A stretch of DNA of 63,685 nucleotides, counting the filler. It is 8 parts of 8 records of this genome, joined end to end, with 100 filler letters (N's around TTAATTAATTAA, not from the genome) between each part and the next. Parts side by side here need not be neighbours in the genome. Positions count along the whole stretch, not along the records: positions 58,137 to 63,685 come from SRR31147125_8423; 7 more parts are not named here. One strand, 5' to 3'. Positions 62,593 to 63,685 of the stretch are shown here, one piece after another; positions within the stretch are counted from its first letter, which is position 1; the number at the start of each line of letters is the position of its first letter. The position numbers and the translations under genes are program-made. The notes below the pieces were generated by a model. The model saw nothing but the letters and a program-made list of their open reading frames with translations, was not told the origin of the DNA and did no database searches.

Positions 62593-63685
62593 TTAATTTA
62601 CGGAATATGGGGCTAAACCGGCCTTCAGCAAGTTTTTCACTTCATCAAGATTGAAGCTGACCAGTTTTCCTATCTGCTGATTGTAGATGGTGTAAGCCGT
62701 TTCCGCAACTTTCATCAGTTCATTTTCCTGAATAACCTGCCCCGGTTTCGCGATATCCGCGTAACATTGCGGAGCTTCTATAGCTTTAAGCCAGTTCAAA
62801 TAGGCATTGACCGCTTTTTCCGCGACTTCGGTATCACTCCCCGTAAGATTGAAAATATTGCGGCCGAAACGCGCAAATTCGGCTGGGGCACGTTTATGGG
62901 CAATCTTCATCCAGTTAGGAGTGAGGATCCCAAGGCACGCGCCATGATGGGTATCGAAATATCCGCTGAAACTCTCTTCTATACTGTGACAGGCCATATC
63001 GGGATCACCCTGACCGATTTTCGTCAGTCCGCCCCAAGCCATTACGGATGCCCACATCAACTCACCGCGGGCTGCCACATCCAGAGGATCTTTACGCAAT
63101 TTCTCAACTGCCTGCATTATTGTTTTAATGAGAGCTTCTGAAAAACAGAGTTGAAACTCTGAGTCATTATTACCATTGAAGTAATACTCGAATGTATGAC
63201 TGATAATATCCATTGCCCCCCAAATAGTGAGCTGCATGGGAACGCTCATCGTCAATTCCGGATCCATAACTGCATACTTGGCAAACTTGGTTATTTGCCA
63301 GTACTTCTCTTTTGTCTCTTCATCTACCATAACGGCCGCGTTATTAATTTCTGTGCCTGTGGCAGCTATAGTGGGAACAGTAACAAAAGCCAGTGATGTG
63401 GTAATATCCAGCCGTTCACCCCAAATCAGATCATATGGATCGGCCTTCATTTTTGCCGCAGCCGCAATGATTTTGGCACAATCAATCGCTGATCCGCCCC
63501 CGAGAGCCAGAACGCAGTCAATATTATGCTTATCACAAGCTTCTACACCCTGTCGGGCACTGTACACTTTGGGATTTGAATCGATGTCCTCAATTTCATA
63601 GAGATTGATACCGGCAGCCGTAATCGTATGCTTTATGTCGGCATATACACCATTTTCCCTGAAAGGTCCCTTACTCATGACAAGC
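62593..63685 (-). CDS. Iron-containing alcohol dehydrogenase (butanol dehydrogenase-like), 5' truncated
   Basis: ALGGGSAIDCAK, PTIAATGTE, DIISHTFEYYF, H.IEE...HHGACL. Confidence 0.92.
   Translation of the reverse strand, partial: LVMSKGPFRENGVYADIKHTITAAGINLYEIEDIDSNPKVYSARQGVEACDKHNIDCVLALGGGSAIDCAKIIAAAAKMKADPYDLIWGERLDITTSLAFVTVPTIAATGTEINNAAVMVDEETKEKYWQITKFAKYAVMDPELTMSVPMQLTIWGAMDIISHTFEYYFNGNNDSEFQLCFSEALIKTIMQAVEKLRKDPLDVAARGELMWASVMAWGGLTKIGQGDPDMACHSIEESFSGYFDTHHGACLGILTPNWMKIAHKRAPAEFARFGRNIFNLTGSDTEVAEKAVNAYLNWLKAIEAPQCYADIAKPGQVIQENELMKVAETAYTIYNQQIGKLVSFNLDEVKNLLKAGLAPYSVN

Overview
The window is not one locus. It is eight unrelated contigs joined by 100-nt artificial linkers (44 N + TTAATTAATTAA + 44 N), consistent with a concatenated metagenome assembly; taxonomic labels below are impressions from gene content only. 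Contig 1 (1-10618): argR-argG, a xanthine/CO-dehydrogenase-family molybdoenzyme cluster with xdhC/mocA, orphan genes and REP-like palindromes at both ends. Contig 2 (10719-16929): a Shango-like anti-phage operon (TerB-like, ATPase, Lhr-like helicase) and a 21-nt-period repeat array. Contig 3 (17030-22875): Bacteroidota-type maltose/starch genes. Contig 4 (22976-31105): GH29 fucosidase, DUF4838 protein, sulfatase and a phospholipase D. Contig 5 (31206-44699): a membrane-bound CHASE2/sigma54 activator followed by a sigma54-like promoter and an envelope/secreted-protein operon, then a sugar porter and a sulfatase. Contig 6 (44800-51063): SusC/SusD with phosphoesterases. Contig 7 (51164-58036): soxBDAG-like sarcosine oxidase operon with an RpiR regulator. 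Contig 8 (58137-63685): iron alcohol dehydrogenase, GH38 mannosidase and a hypothetical gene. Five genes are split by frameshifts, probably sequence errors. The most interesting signals are the 21-nt array with NNY-type variability beside the defence operon, the CHASE2-sigma54/FecR/barrel/transglutaminase/T9SS module, the SH3+TM2 architecture of SngA, and a shared GGCAACAT-N14-CGATA promoter-like motif before two orphan genes.
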